The notes below the pieces were generated by a model. The model was not told the origin of the DNA, did not search any database, and worked only from the letters and a program-made list of their open reading frames with translations. This document shows, one piece after another, positions 16,675 through 27,422 of a stretch of 35,967 nucleotides of DNA. Position 1 is the stretch's first letter, and each line of letters begins with the position of its first letter. Source of the DNA: a bacterium. Its GTDB lineage: Bacteria > Muiribacteriota > UBA6191. The translations under genes and the position numbers were made by a program. The stretch covers positions 1 to 35,967 of the forward strand of contig JAYZAC010000127.1 of the NCBI GenBank assembly GCA_036339875.1, given 5' to 3'.

Positions 16675-18171
16675 ATGGAACAACAATATCCGGTATTAAT
16701 AGTAATTATTCCAATGTTTACCGCAATGGTTTTGACTCTAGCGGGTTGGTTCAAGCCAGCAGTATGTCAACCTCTTGCGGTAGTGGGTTTACTAGGTAGT
16801 TTTTTAAGTGCTGTTGCCACTCTTTTACAGATTGGTGCAGGTGAAGTAATTAGTTACCGATTGGGTGGCTGGGAGCCGCCGTTCGGGATTGAATATCGAG
16901 TGGATAGCTTGAATGCGCTGGTTCTCGTTATGGTTTCGTTGGTGGCATTGCTTGTTGCGATTTTCGCTAGAAAGCCGGTTGAAAAGGAATTAGGTAATAA
17001 GATATCTAATTTCTATACACTGTTTGTGTTATTAGTCACTGGATTGTTAGGAATGACTATAACCGGCGATGCTTTTAATCTGTACGTTCTTCTTGAGATA
17101 GCAGCTTTAACTAGTTATGCATTACTGGCCATGGGGCGCGGTCGCGCTTACATGGCTACTTTCAATTATGTAATATTAGGTACGATAGGTGCTTGTTTTT
17201 ACCTCCTTGGAGTAGGGTTGCTGTTGATTAAGACAGGCTCCTTGAATATGGCTGATATAGGAACTATTCTTCCTAAGTTGGTGGGCTCTGAAACTGTGCT
17301 AGTTGCTTTTGGTTTTCTCATGGTAGGTGTTTGGATAAAAATGGCTTTATTTCCATTCCATGGTTGGTTGCCTAATGCTTATACCTACGCACCAACAGCT
17401 ACAAGCTGTTTGGTGGCGCCTTTGATGACTAAAGTTTCTGTCTACATTATGCTTAGAATTATGTTTACTGTTTACTCAGCAGACTGGATATTTAACGTAA
17501 TCCAATGGAAGCCTGTTGTTATGGTTTTGGCAGTAGTTGCAATTTTAATGGGCTCATTTTTCGCATTAGCTCAACGAGATATTAAGCGTATGCTTACATA
17601 TTTAATAGTTGCGGAAATAGGGTATATGGTTGGAGGTGCTTGGACTGGTACCGCGGCTGGATTGACAGGAACGATATATCACATTATGGCGGATGGTTTG
17701 ATGACAGTCTGCTTATTTATGGTAATAGGGTCAGTGGTCTATCGCAAGGGTAAGGCTCATTTTGAAAGTTTCAAGGATGCATTCCAGTCGATGCCATGGA
17801 CAATGGGTGCTTTAATTATTGGGGGGCTGAGTATGATCGGAGTGCCTCCAACTTGTGGATTTTTTAGTAAATGGTATCTGATTAGTGGGGCGTATCAATC
17901 CTCTGATTACGCTTTTATAGTTGCTCTGTTGATAAGTAGTTTGGTGAACGCAATATTGTTCATAAGAATAGTGGAAACCGCTTTTTTCTCGGCTACGCCC
18001 TCAGAAATACCTGATCCCCATGCCCATCATGAGGTTGATTATGCGGATAGTCCAGTGTCTATGCTTATTCCAATGTGGGTAAGTGCCTTAGCATTGATAG
18101 CAATGGGTCTCTACACTGGAGAAATTGTTACTCGCTGGATACTGCCCATTCTTCCTGGAGGATTGATATGA
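16675..18171 (+). CDS. mnhD: Na+/H+ antiporter subunit D (copy 1)
   Basis: GGWEPPFGI, TGDAFNLYVLLEI, IKMALFPFHGWLPNAY, LMTKV, GVPPTCGFFSKW. Confidence 0.93.
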   Translation: MEQQYPVLIVIIPMFTAMVLTLAGWFKPAVCQPLAVVGLLGSFLSAVATLLQIGAGEVISYRLGGWEPPFGIEYRVDSLNALVLVMVSLVALLVAIFARKPVEKELGNKISNFYTLFVLLVTGLLGMTITGDAFNLYVLLEIAALTSYALLAMGRGRAYMATFNYVILGTIGACFYLLGVGLLLIKTGSLNMADIGTILPKLVGSETVLVAFGFLMVGVWIKMALFPFHGWLPNAYTYAPTATSCLVAPLMTKVSVYIMLRIMFTVYSADWIFNVIQWKPVVMVLAVVAILMGSFFALAQRDIKRMLTYLIVAEIGYMVGGAWTGTAAGLTGTIYHIMADGLMTVCLFMVIGSVVYRKGKAHFESFKDAFQSMPWTMGALIIGGLSMIGVPPTCGFFSKWYLISGAYQSSDYAFIVALLISSLVNAILFIRIVETAFFSATPSEIPDPHAHHEVDYADSPVSMLIPMWVSALALIAMGLYTGEIVTRWILPILPGGLI

Positions 18172-19637
18172 GCCAATCCATAGTATCATTTACACCTTTA
18201 GCTATAGTGCTAACATCAGCATTAGCGGTTATTCCGATTTCACTCAGTGGGCGAAATCCTAACCTTAGAGAACTTTGGACCTTTTTGGCAGGCTTTTTGA
18301 AGTTGATGCTACTTTTCTCTTTACTCGAGCCTGTAACAAAAGGTATTGCCGTACAATTTGAACTGTGGAAGGTGTTGCCGGGTGTTTCCTTGCATTTTAG
18401 CGTAGATGCCTTTGGATTACTTTTCGCATTTGTTGCTTGTAGTCTCTGGATTCCAACATCACTTTACGTGATAGGTTATATGCGGGGACTTAAGGAACAT
18501 GCACAAACACGATTTTTCGCGTGTTTTGCATTGGCTTTGTCTGCTACGGCTGGTGTCGCTTTTGCGGGCAATCTTTTAACATTGTATGTGTTTTATGAGA
18601 TTCTTTCATTATCCACATTTCCTCTGGTAGCTCATCATCAGGATGGAGAGGCTCGGACGGGTGGTCGTAAATATTTAACTTATTTGTTGGCTACCTCGAT
18701 TGGGCTGGTTCTTCCTGCCATGATAATAACGTATCAAATGACGGGAACTTTAGAATTCTCAAGTATGGGGATCTACGGTGATACTGTTAAACCTGGGACA
18801 TTGCTGGTTTTACTTTTACTCTTTCTCTATGGTTTTGCTAAGTCAGGACTGATGCCATTACATTCGTGGCTACCTGGAGCTATGGTAGCCCCAACGCCAG
18901 TTAGCGCATTATTGCATGCTGTAGCCGTTGTAAAAGTCGGGGTATTCTGTAATTTAAGAGTTATTACTGGAATTTTCGGTATAGAAATTCTTAGTAAGAC
19001 TTATCTAGATACTGTAATTTGTGTAATCGCTGGTGTCACGGTAATAGTTTCATCTCTCATAGCATTGTCGCAGGATAATTTGAAGCGACGTCTTGCTTTT
19101 TCGACAGTAGGACAATTGTCATACATTATACTAGGTGCTGGACTAGCTCAGAGTTATGCAGTGAAGGGTGCGATGTTACACATAAGTATGCATGCCTTCG
19201 GGAAAATAACTTTGTTCATGTGTGCAGGCGCAATTTTTGTCGCTTCTGGTAAAAAATACATATCACAGATGGTTGGATTAGGTCATAAGATGCCCTTTAC
19301 TTTTGGCGCCTTTCTTATAGGATCGCTAAGTGTAATTGGATTGCCTCCAGCAGGAGGTTTTATAAGTAAATGGTTGCTACTCAAAGGAACAATTGCAGCA
19401 GAACATTGGCCAATGATGGTTGTTTTGTTAGGTAGTTCACTTTTAAACGCAGCGTATTTCTTTCCAATAGTCTATCAGGCATTCTTTGGTAAAGGTATCT
19501 TGCCGGAAAACGAAAATGTTAAGGAGGCGCCGCTTGCATGTACGCTACCTTTGTGTCTAACAGCGGTCATATCAATCGTTCTATTTGTGTATCCTGAACC
19601 ATTCTTAACTCTGGCAACATTGGCAGTAGGAGAGTAG
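18168..19637 (+). CDS. mnhD: Na+/H+ antiporter subunit D/A-like (copy 2)
   Basis: FYEILSLSTFPLV, AKSGLMPLHSWLP.AMVAPTPVSALLHAVAVVK, LKRRLAFST, GFISKW; ATG 18168 after GGAGG. Confidence 0.92.
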   Translation: MSQSIVSFTPLAIVLTSALAVIPISLSGRNPNLRELWTFLAGFLKLMLLFSLLEPVTKGIAVQFELWKVLPGVSLHFSVDAFGLLFAFVACSLWIPTSLYVIGYMRGLKEHAQTRFFACFALALSATAGVAFAGNLLTLYVFYEILSLSTFPLVAHHQDGEARTGGRKYLTYLLATSIGLVLPAMIITYQMTGTLEFSSMGIYGDTVKPGTLLVLLLLFLYGFAKSGLMPLHSWLPGAMVAPTPVSALLHAVAVVKVGVFCNLRVITGIFGIEILSKTYLDTVICVIAGVTVIVSSLIALSQDNLKRRLAFSTVGQLSYIILGAGLAQSYAVKGAMLHISMHAFGKITLFMCAGAIFVASGKKYISQMVGLGHKMPFTFGAFLIGSLSVIGLPPAGGFISKWLLLKGTIAAEHWPMMVVLLGSSLLNAAYFFPIVYQAFFGKGILPENENVKEAPLACTLPLCLTAVISIVLFVYPEPFLTLATLAVGE

Positions 19638-19638
19638 T

Positions 19639-19779
19639 ATGCAGCAGTCAGAAAATCCAGAAGATTTGCAAGAGCTTAAACATGAAGCTTGGCCAGGGTA
19701 CCAGCAAAAATTTAACGTAATGTTTGCTCTAGGAATGCTTTATTTAGGGTATATTTTTTCCACTTGGAAGGGGCACTGA
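19639..19779 (+). CDS. 46-aa single-TM small protein (not in ORF track)
   Basis: AGGAG RBS; MQQSENPEDLQELKHEAWPGYQQKFNVMFALGMLYLGYIFSTWKGH*; fills the gap with 1 nt on each side. Confidence 0.7.
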   Translation: MQQSENPEDLQELKHEAWPGYQQKFNVMFALGMLYLGYIFSTWKGH

Positions 19780-19780
19780 C

Positions 19781-20026
19781 ATGAGTAAAAAGCATATATG
19801 GGATGATGAAAATCGGGTAAAGAAGTTTTTAAAGACATTCTACATTTCCTGTATTGCCCTATTCCTCGTTGATTTTTTTATACCTCGATACACGCACATC
19901 GAAGTAGAAAACTGGCCAGGTTTTTATGCGGTTTATGGTTTTATTGCCTGCGTACTACTTGTTTTTATAGCCAAACATATACTTAGACCTCTGGTTATGA
20001 AAGAGGAAGATTATTATGACCATTAG
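19781..20026 (+). CDS. small 2-TM membrane protein within mrp operon
   Basis: 81 aa, PGFYAVYGFIACVLLV...R.LVMKEEDYYD; overlaps next start. Confidence 0.8.
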   Translation: MSKKHIWDDENRVKKFLKTFYISCIALFLVDFFIPRYTHIEVENWPGFYAVYGFIACVLLVFIAKHILRPLVMKEEDYYDH

Positions 20027-21809
20027 CGCCCTCCCGCCATCTATATTTCTTATCATCGGTGCCTTTCTGGTTCCTTTCTTAAAAGGTAATCTTAAGAAGT
20101 TATTCGTTTTAGCTTTGCCATTAGTAACTTTAGTCTCATTTTTGAATATGGAAACTGGAACCTACTGGCAGGTTCAATTTCTCGATATGACATTGGTTTT
20201 AGGTAGGGTCGATAAACTAAGTTTCGTTTTTGGTTTGATCTTTATAATTATCACCTTTGTCGGTGTGCTATACATCATGCACCAAAACGATGATCTTGAA
20301 TTCGTGGCAGGGCTATTTTATGCGGGTTCAGCCGTGGGTGCGGTATTAGCTGGTGATTTATTTTCTTTCCTTGTTTTTTGGGAAATGCTTACGCTAGGCT
20401 CTATGTTTTTAATTATGGCGCGTCGTACCGACGAATCGCGAAAAGCTGCTTTTCGATATGTTCTCATGCATGTTTTTGGAGGCTTATTATTAATTAGCGG
20501 TATTATTCTTCACGTTCATGAAACTGGATCGCTAGAGTTCACTAAAATTAATCTATCGTCTTTGAGTAGTTACCTGATATTTTTTGGAATAGGGGTGAAT
20601 TGTGCATGGCCATTGCTTCATACCTGGTTAGTTGACGCTTATCCATCTGCAAGCGTAGGCGGTGTGGTATTTTTAAGTTCCTTTACCACCAAAACAGCAG
20701 TGTATGCGCTTGCGAGAGCTTTTCCGGGGGAGCCCTTGCTAATTTGGATTGGTGTTGCTATGGCAGCATTCCCGATTTTTTATGCGGTAATTGAAAATAA
20801 TTTGCGAAAGGTATTAGCCTACAGCTTGCTGAATCAATTAGGGTTTATGGTAACGGGGATCGGTATAGGTACTCAGCTTGCCCTAAATGGAGCAGTGACG
20901 CATGCTTTCTGTCACATTTTGTATAAGGGGCTTCTGTGGATGTCCATGGGAGCGGTTTTATATCGGACAGGTAGAACAAAATGTACAGAATTGGGTGGGC
21001 TATACAAATCAATGCCTTGGACTTGCCTATTTTGTATAATAGGTGCAGCTTCCATTTCTGCGTTTCCCCTCACGAATGGTTTTGTAAGTAAATCAATAAT
21101 CATGTCGGCGTCTCTTGAAGAGCATTTCTATTTAGTTTGGTTCGTATTACTTTTTGCTGCTGCTGGTGTATTCCATCATGCCGGCATTAAAATCCCATTT
21201 TTTGCTTTCTTTTCTCACGATAGAGGATTGCGTACAAAGGAAGCTCCTAAAAATATGTTGTTCGCGATGGGTATTGCAGCCTTTTTATGTATTTTCTTAG
21301 GCTGCTTCCCACAGCCACTTTATGACCTTCTTCCATTTGACAACACCCTGCCAAGCAAAGGGGTTCCATATACACCATATGACTACAGTCACGTAGTTTC
21401 ACAAACACAATTATTATTCTTTTCAGCTCTAGCTTTCTGCATGCTTATGCTGTCTGGACTATACCCAGCAGAAATTAGATCTGTGAATATTGATTTTGAC
21501 TGGGTATACAGGAAGAGTTTTGGCTTTTTCTATTGTGTCATGGATAAAGCTTTAAACAGTCTGAACTCAGTTTGTGATGCAACTTTGGCTAAAGGAGTTC
21601 CATCAAATCTTGCGAAGGCATTTCGCAACTTTCCGGGGCTACTATCGGCTAATTTGCTGGCTCTTGTTTGGGCAAGTTTCGGACTAAGCTCAAAAGAGAT
21701 CAAGACGCGAAAAGAGGATGTAATGGCACGAATAGAGAATGGCTCTGCTAGTATCGGATTTTCGGCTATTGCTGCGATGGTTGCATTGAGTTTTTTGATT
21801 CGTTGGTAA
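20016..21809 (+). CDS. mnhD: Na+/H+ antiporter subunit D-like (copy 3, long form)
   Basis: FWEMLT, PLLHTWLVDAYP, FTTKTAVY, HAFCHILYKGLL, NGFVSK. Confidence 0.9.
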   Translation: MTISALPPSIFLIIGAFLVPFLKGNLKKLFVLALPLVTLVSFLNMETGTYWQVQFLDMTLVLGRVDKLSFVFGLIFIIITFVGVLYIMHQNDDLEFVAGLFYAGSAVGAVLAGDLFSFLVFWEMLTLGSMFLIMARRTDESRKAAFRYVLMHVFGGLLLISGIILHVHETGSLEFTKINLSSLSSYLIFFGIGVNCAWPLLHTWLVDAYPSASVGGVVFLSSFTTKTAVYALARAFPGEPLLIWIGVAMAAFPIFYAVIENNLRKVLAYSLLNQLGFMVTGIGIGTQLALNGAVTHAFCHILYKGLLWMSMGAVLYRTGRTKCTELGGLYKSMPWTCLFCIIGAASISAFPLTNGFVSKSIIMSASLEEHFYLVWFVLLFAAAGVFHHAGIKIPFFAFFSHDRGLRTKEAPKNMLFAMGIAAFLCIFLGCFPQPLYDLLPFDNTLPSKGVPYTPYDYSHVVSQTQLLFFSALAFCMLMLSGLYPAEIRSVNIDFDWVYRKSFGFFYCVMDKALNSLNSVCDATLAKGVPSNLAKAFRNFPGLLSANLLALVWASFGLSSKEIKTRKEDVMARIENGSASIGFSAIAAMVALSFLIRW

Positions 21810-22029
21810 TCTTTATCAATAATTCAAAAATTTTACAAAGCTTGAACTGACGTTCGCTGTATTTTTGTCTTCAATGTATTTATTTATCTGTGATGAGCTC
21901 AACTTTTGAAGGATTTTTAATTAGTGAAATCCTCTATGAGAATCACGGCTGGTAAGGCTTATTCGATCTAACAACTAAATTACTTATTTTGAAGTATATT
22001 TTTTTGTATGTTCAGCTTTATTTTTTAGG

Positions 22030-22058
22030 TTTACTACTAAATCTTTTAATAATATAAT
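22030..22058 (+). promoter_or_regulatory. sigma70-type promoter of the act operon
   Basis: TTTACT(22030-35)-17 nt-TATAAT(22053-58). Confidence 0.55.
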
Positions 22059-22131
22059 CGCCGAAAGTTCAATTGGCCTAGAACGAGCTCCTTGCTGGAG
22101 CAGATTTATATATTTGTGAAGGGATTAAAGC

Positions 22132-22707
22132 ATGGATAAAGATATGCTAGATTACAACATCAAAGTCCGCCTTCCTATCATTGTGTTAGTCGCGCTTGTC
22201 ACTTATTTTGCGACTTTCTTCTATTCTTTCGATGAGCGGAACTTGATAGGTTATGCACCCGAACAGCCCATAAATTTTTCGCATAAACTGCATTCGGGGG
22301 AAATGGGACTGGATTGTCGTTACTGCCACTCGGGAGTGGAAAAGTCGAGACACTCGAACATTCCGTCGGTAGATACTTGTATGAATTGCCATAGTGTAGT
22401 GAAGACAGACAGTCCAGAGATTAAAAAGCTGACGGATTATTACAAAAATGACAAGCCGCTAGAGTGGGCGAGAATTCACCGACAACCAGATCATGTTTAT
22501 TTTAATCATTCTGTTCATATAAACAAAGGTGTCGATTGCTCTAGTTGTCATGGGAATGTAAATGAAATGGATGTAGTTCACAAAAACAAAAAACTCACCA
22601 TGGGACATTGTTTAGATTGTCATAGAGAATCCCATACTGAAGTGACTGATACGGGAGTAATTCGCAAGCATCAGGGTCCGCAGCACTGTACAGCATGCCA
22701 CCGATGA
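22132..22707 (+). CDS. actA: alternative complex III pentaheme cytochrome c subunit
   Basis: N-terminal TM, GYAPEQPINFSHKLH, five CxxCH (CRYCH, CMNCH, CSSCH, CLDCH, CTACH), MGHC. Confidence 0.95.
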   Translation: MDKDMLDYNIKVRLPIIVLVALVTYFATFFYSFDERNLIGYAPEQPINFSHKLHSGEMGLDCRYCHSGVEKSRHSNIPSVDTCMNCHSVVKTDSPEIKKLTDYYKNDKPLEWARIHRQPDHVYFNHSVHINKGVDCSSCHGNVNEMDVVHKNKKLTMGHCLDCHRESHTEVTDTGVIRKHQGPQHCTACHR

Positions 22708-22718
22708 GGGGAGAGAGC

Positions 22719-22913
22719 ATGAAGAATGAAAAAGTGATTAAATCAAATTCTACAAATTTTAAGCGACGAAGTTTTTACGGAGTGATAGCCGGTGCCTTGA
22801 CAGCAGTGTTGTCGGGATTCAATTTGAGATCGGCAGTCCCTAGCAAGAACCAAGAACCCGAGATTCAAGTAAGTTTGCATCCTCAGGCTGTTCGCAGAGA
22901 GAAGAGAGGATAA
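22719..22913 (+). CDS. 64-aa protein with twin-arginine-like motif between actA and actB
   Basis: GGGGAG RBS; KRRSFYG followed by hydrophobic helix; stop 1 nt before actB ATG. Confidence 0.65.
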   Translation: MKNEKVIKSNSTNFKRRSFYGVIAGALTAVLSGFNLRSAVPSKNQEPEIQVSLHPQAVRREKRG

Positions 22914-22914
22914 A

Positions 22915-25900
22915 ATGGCTAAAGAACCTAACTATTGGAGAAGTTTTGAAGAGCTTCATCGTCAAAGTTCCGGTAAAGTCAATGAAAGTAGTTCTCGAGA
23001 ATTCGTAGAGGGTACTTTTGATGAATTAGACCTCGAAAAAATGACGGCGGTGGATCGGAGAAAATTTTTGGGTCTGATGGGTGCTTCCGCTGCATTTGCT
23101 GGAGTGGGTTGTAGTGACTATCGTGACCAAGGTGTTGTAATACCGTACAACAAAAAACCAGAGGAAATAGTAATAGGAAGGCCAAATTACTATGCTACCA
23201 CGACAGATGAAAGCTGCGGATCGACACCTGTTTTGGTGAAAACCCGTGAAGGCAGGCCTGTCAAGATCGATGGTAATCCCGAACATCCAGTAACTCAAGG
23301 AAAGGTCGGAGCAGATGCTCAAGCTAGTGTATTAGGTTTATATGATCCTGATCGCTTACGAGGACCGATATCTAGAAAGGATGACGGATCCGTAGAGAAT
23401 GTTTCATGGACAGCTGTGGATAAACGATTATCTGCCGTGGCAAATGCGGCTGTGAAACGTGGCAAAAAGATTGTATTGGTGGTTCCGCCAATCACTTCCC
23501 CAACCGGACAGGAGATTCTCGCTAAATTCAAAAATAAATTTCCAGGATCTTCGGTGGTAAAATATGATCCATTGCATTCGCCCGCTGCATACAAGGCATG
23601 GTCTCAATCATATCGTGGTAAAGGCCGGCCTGTTATTAATTTAGAAGCTGCCGATATAATCGTAGACATAGATTCAGATTTCTTGGGTAAGGGCCGAAAT
23701 AAGCTTGAGTTTGCTAGACAAATGGCCAATCGCAGGGATTCTTTTAATGTTTCAAATTTCAATAGACTGTATTCTATTGAATCAGGTCTCAGTTTAACAG
23801 GGCTAACTGCAGATCATCGATTACGATTGAGACCTGATGCCACCCTTGGTTTAGTTCTTGCTCTAGCTAACGAGCTGGTAGTTAAAAGAGGAGTTGGATC
23901 TTTCGCGAGAGATGAGGCCATCAAACAATCTCTGAAAAATCATGATCTTAAAGTTTTTGCATCTCAATATTCTCTAGATTTAGGTGTGCTTAATGCGATG
24001 GTTTCTGACTTAGAAAATAATAGAGGTAAATCAGTTCTATTTGCAGGCGAGCACCATAGCCAAGAACTTCATGTGGCTGTTAACTTTATTAACGAAGTTA
24101 TAGCTTCTAGAAATTTGTGGTCTAAAAGCTACAGCTTGGGCGATGATAATTTAGCCGATTCGGATGAGATTGTTAAGCTTGTTGGCTCAATGAAGTCTGG
24201 TGAAGTCGATCTCATTGTTCATGTTGATACAAATCCAATATTCCACTTACCCACAGATTATGATTATGCTTCAGCATTAAAGAAAGTCCCTACGAAGATA
24301 GCATTGACGATGGTGGAAAGTGAAACGTCTAAAGTTTCCGATCTGGTGCTCCCAATACATCATTACTTGGAGTCATGGGGCGACTCTCACAGCAGGGTTG
24401 GTATATACAATCTAAGACAGCCAGTCATCCGACCCCTCTATGGTAGCAGGGAGCAAGAAGAGGGGACTCGTCAATGGGAACATATTTTCTTGACTTGGAC
24501 AGATGGTAAGTACGAAGACGACGCTTATTTGACGTTTCTGAAGGCTCATTGGAAAAAGTATATATTTCCTCAAATCAACAGCTCACAGCAGTTTTCAATG
24601 TTTTGGAACTCATCGTTGCATGACGGTATGGTTCAGATTCAGGTGAGAAGACCTAATTGGCAGTTTAACCCATTAGCTTTTGTGGGCGTGGCGGCGAAGA
24701 AGTTTGTGGCGCCTGAAGAGAATAGTTATGCGGTTCGATTGAGCCCCAGTTACCATTTAGCTGATGGTCGACATGCAAATAATGGTTGGCTGCAAGAAAA
24801 TCCCCATCCCGTTTCAAAAGTTGTTTGGGATAATTACGCAGCTATCAGCAAAGCTACCGCGGCGAAACTTAAGGTAGAGGCTAATGATTACTTAAATATT
24901 GTTGTTGGTAATCGAAAAGTAAAACTTCCCGTATTTATTCAACCTGGAACAGCTGAAAACACAGTTACGGTTGAGCTAGGTTACGGCAGGAGTAGCGCAG
25001 GTACTGTAGGTACTGAAATTGGTCATAACGTTAATACTTTGTTAGGGTCCGACGAATTGGGACAGTTTGTATTTAGTAATGCCAGCGTTAGTAAGCACTT
25101 CGGAACTTATGAAGTGGTATCTACTCAAGCACATTGGGCATTTGAGGATGATGTTCCTGAATTGTTAAAAGAGATGACGACTGATGCGCATATAAGGCGT
25201 AAAGTGATCTTCGAAAAGGATATGGAAGACCACAAAAAGAACCCCAAATGGCTTACAAAGGAAATGAAGAAGAAGCGTAAGTATGTTAAGAGTATTTACG
25301 TTGAAGAGCATAAATATAAGGATGTCAAATGGGGTATGGCGATCGATCTCAATCAGTGCTCAGGGTGTATGGATTGTATCGTAGCTTGTAATGTGGAAAA
25401 CAATATCCCAGTGGTAGGTAAAGAACAGGTAAAGAATAACCGTGAAATGCACTGGATGCGAATAGATAGGTACTATTCAGGTACAGCTGAAGAGCCTGTT
25501 GTTAGCGTACAACCTATGCTATGTCAACAGTGTGATAATGCTCCTTGTGAAAATGTATGTCCAGTCGCAGCGACAGTTCATACACCAGACGGATTAAATG
25601 GTATGGCTTACAATCGTTGCGTTGGTACTAGATACTGTGCAAACAATTGTCCCTATAAGGTTAGACGTTTTAATTTCCTTAACTATCGTAGACATTTTAG
25701 AGATAGTCATCAGGAAACCCCAGTAGCTTCTTTAGCGCATAATCCAGAGGTAACTGTTCGATCAAGAGGGGTCATGGAAAAGTGTACTTTTTGTGTACAG
25801 CGAATTATGGATGCTCGTTCTCAAGCAAAACTTGAAAAACGTGAGATTAAGGGATCAGATGTAACAGTTGCATGTCAGGATGGATGTCCGTCTAATGCTA

Positions 25901-26052
25901 TAAAGTTCGGAGACTTAAACGATCCAAACAGTGAGGTTTCTCGCTACAGGGACCATGAACTGGAGTACAAGGTCATGGAAGAATTGAACGTAAAGCCAAA
26001 CGTCACGTATATGGCAAAAATTCGTAACAAAAACGGGGAGGCAAGGTCGTGA
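22915..26052 (+). CDS. actB: alternative complex III molybdopterin-oxidoreductase-like / Fe-S subunit
   Basis: YWRSFEEL, Tat DRRKFL...GVGC lipo-Cys, [22 protein letters not shown]-terminal [45 protein letters not shown]. Confidence 0.95.
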   Translation: MAKEPNYWRSFEELHRQSSGKVNESSSREFVEGTFDELDLEKMTAVDRRKFLGLMGASAAFAGVGCSDYRDQGVVIPYNKKPEEIVIGRPNYYATTTDESCGSTPVLVKTREGRPVKIDGNPEHPVTQGKVGADAQASVLGLYDPDRLRGPISRKDDGSVENVSWTAVDKRLSAVANAAVKRGKKIVLVVPPITSPTGQEILAKFKNKFPGSSVVKYDPLHSPAAYKAWSQSYRGKGRPVINLEAADIIVDIDSDFLGKGRNKLEFARQMANRRDSFNVSNFNRLYSIESGLSLTGLTADHRLRLRPDATLGLVLALANELVVKRGVGSFARDEAIKQSLKNHDLKVFASQYSLDLGVLNAMVSDLENNRGKSVLFAGEHHSQELHVAVNFINEVIASRNLWSKSYSLGDDNLADSDEIVKLVGSMKSGEVDLIVHVDTNPIFHLPTDYDYASALKKVPTKIALTMVESETSKVSDLVLPIHHYLESWGDSHSRVGIYNLRQPVIRPLYGSREQEEGTRQWEHIFLTWTDGKYEDDAYLTFLKAHWKKYIFPQINSSQQFSMFWNSSLHDGMVQIQVRRPNWQFNPLAFVGVAAKKFVAPEENSYAVRLSPSYHLADGRHANNGWLQENPHPVSKVVWDNYAAISKATAAKLKVEANDYLNIVVGNRKVKLPVFIQPGTAENTVTVELGYGRSSAGTVGTEIGHNVNTLLGSDELGQFVFSNASVSKHFGTYEVVSTQAHWAFEDDVPELLKEMTTDAHIRRKVIFEKDMEDHKKNPKWLTKEMKKKRKYVKSIYVEEHKYKDVKWGMAIDLNQCSGCMDCIVACNVENNIPVVGKEQVKNNREMHWMRIDRYYSGTAEEPVVSVQPMLCQQCDNAPCENVCPVAATVHTPDGLNGMAYNRCVGTRYCANNCPYKVRRFNFLNYRRHFRDSHQETPVASLAHNPEVTVRSRGVMEKCTFCVQRIMDARSQAKLEKREIKGSDVTVACQDGCPSNAIKFGDLNDPNSEVSRYRDHELEYKVMEELNVKPNVTYMAKIRNKNGEARS

Positions 26053-27422
26053 GTTTAGATTTCAGTAGGCCTAGGCCACTTATTGAGGGTCCTCACACTC
26101 TCAAAGAAATAGATGATGTGATAGCAGCCCCTATGGAGCGCCCACATCATCGGGAATTTTTTATAGCATTAGCTATAAGTTTAACCGGGTTAGGTATCTT
26201 CGTAATCTCGGTAGCTAAACTAATGGCTGATGGAACTGGAGTATGGGGTAACAATAATCCAGTGAATTGGGGTTGGCCCATTGTAAATTTCGTATTCTGG
26301 GTAGGTATTGGACACGCGGGAACCTTAATCTCGGCAATACTATTTTTAATGAGACAGCCTTGGCGAAATGGTATTGCTAGATTCGCTGAAGCAATGACTA
26401 TTTTTGCGGTGATAACAGCTTTATTATTTCCGCTTTTACATACTGGACGACCATGGTTGGCTCACTACCTCTTGCCCTATCCGAACGAACGAGCGTTGTG
26501 GGTGAATTTTAGATCTCCTCTTTTATGGGACGTTTTTGCAGTAAGTACTTACTTCACGGTATCACTAACTTTTTGGTATGTGGGTTTGATTCCTGACTTT
26601 GCTTCCATGAGAGATAGGACTACCACTAGATTAAAGAAATTTATCTATACACTTTTCAGTTTAGGCTGGAGGTTTTCTAATCGTCACTGGCAGCATTATG
26701 AGCGAGCTTACTTGATACTTGCGGGTCTATGTACACCATTAGTTTTATCCGTTCACTCCATAGTAAGTTTCGATTTTGCCGTCTCCATCATTCCAGGTTG
26801 GCATACGACTATCTTCCCACCATATTTTGTTGCTGGTGCAATCTTTTCTGGTTTTGCGATGGTTATTACCGTCCTGATTGTTGTTAGGGTAATCTATAAA
26901 ATAGAGCATATTGTAACTATGTTGCACATGGAGCGTATGGCTAAAGTTTTAATGGCTACTGGTTTAATGGTGGGTTACGCATATGGTATGGAGTTTTTCA
27001 TTGCTTGGTATTCCGGTGTAGAGGCTGAACAATACGTCTTTATAAACCGAGCATTTGGTCCATATGCTTGGGCGTATTGGACGATGATTATTTGTAACGT
27101 CATTATACCCCAGATTTTTTGGTCTAAGGCGGCCCGAAATTCAATTCCAATTCTATTCGTAGTATCAATCACAACTAATATAGGAATGTGGTTTGAGAGA
27201 TTTGTTATCACCGTAACCTCTTTGCATAGAGATTACATTCCTGGTAGCTGGGCATATTTCACGCCTACTATTTGGGACGTTGGTTTGTATATAGGAAGTT
27301 TTGGATTCTTCTTCACAGGACTGATTCTCTTTACTAGATTTATGCCAGTCGTTTCTATGGCAGAGCTCAAGGCAGTTGCTGACGGAGCGCAGCCGTCTCA
27401 CCATGGAGGTGATCATGAGTAA
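26049..27422 (+). CDS. actC: alternative complex III NrfD-family quinol-binding membrane subunit
   Basis: [59 protein letters not shown]. Confidence 0.95.
   Translation: MSLDFSRPRPLIEGPHTLKEIDDVIAAPMERPHHREFFIALAISLTGLGIFVISVAKLMADGTGVWGNNNPVNWGWPIVNFVFWVGIGHAGTLISAILFLMRQPWRNGIARFAEAMTIFAVITALLFPLLHTGRPWLAHYLLPYPNERALWVNFRSPLLWDVFAVSTYFTVSLTFWYVGLIPDFASMRDRTTTRLKKFIYTLFSLGWRFSNRHWQHYERAYLILAGLCTPLVLSVHSIVSFDFAVSIIPGWHTTIFPPYFVAGAIFSGFAMVITVLIVVRVIYKIEHIVTMLHMERMAKVLMATGLMVGYAYGMEFFIAWYSGVEAEQYVFINRAFGPYAWAYWTMIICNVIIPQIFWSKAARNSIPILFVVSITTNIGMWFERFVITVTSLHRDYIPGSWAYFTPTIWDVGLYIGSFGFFFTGLILFTRFMPVVSMAELKAVADGAQPSHHGGDHE

Noticed and set aside
21810..22131. Riboswitch, sRNA or terminator in the mrp-act intergenic region
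   Set aside because: Only short hairpins (AGGATTT/AAATCCT at 21910-33; GCTCC/GGAGC at 22087-101) with no U-tract or recognisable family motif
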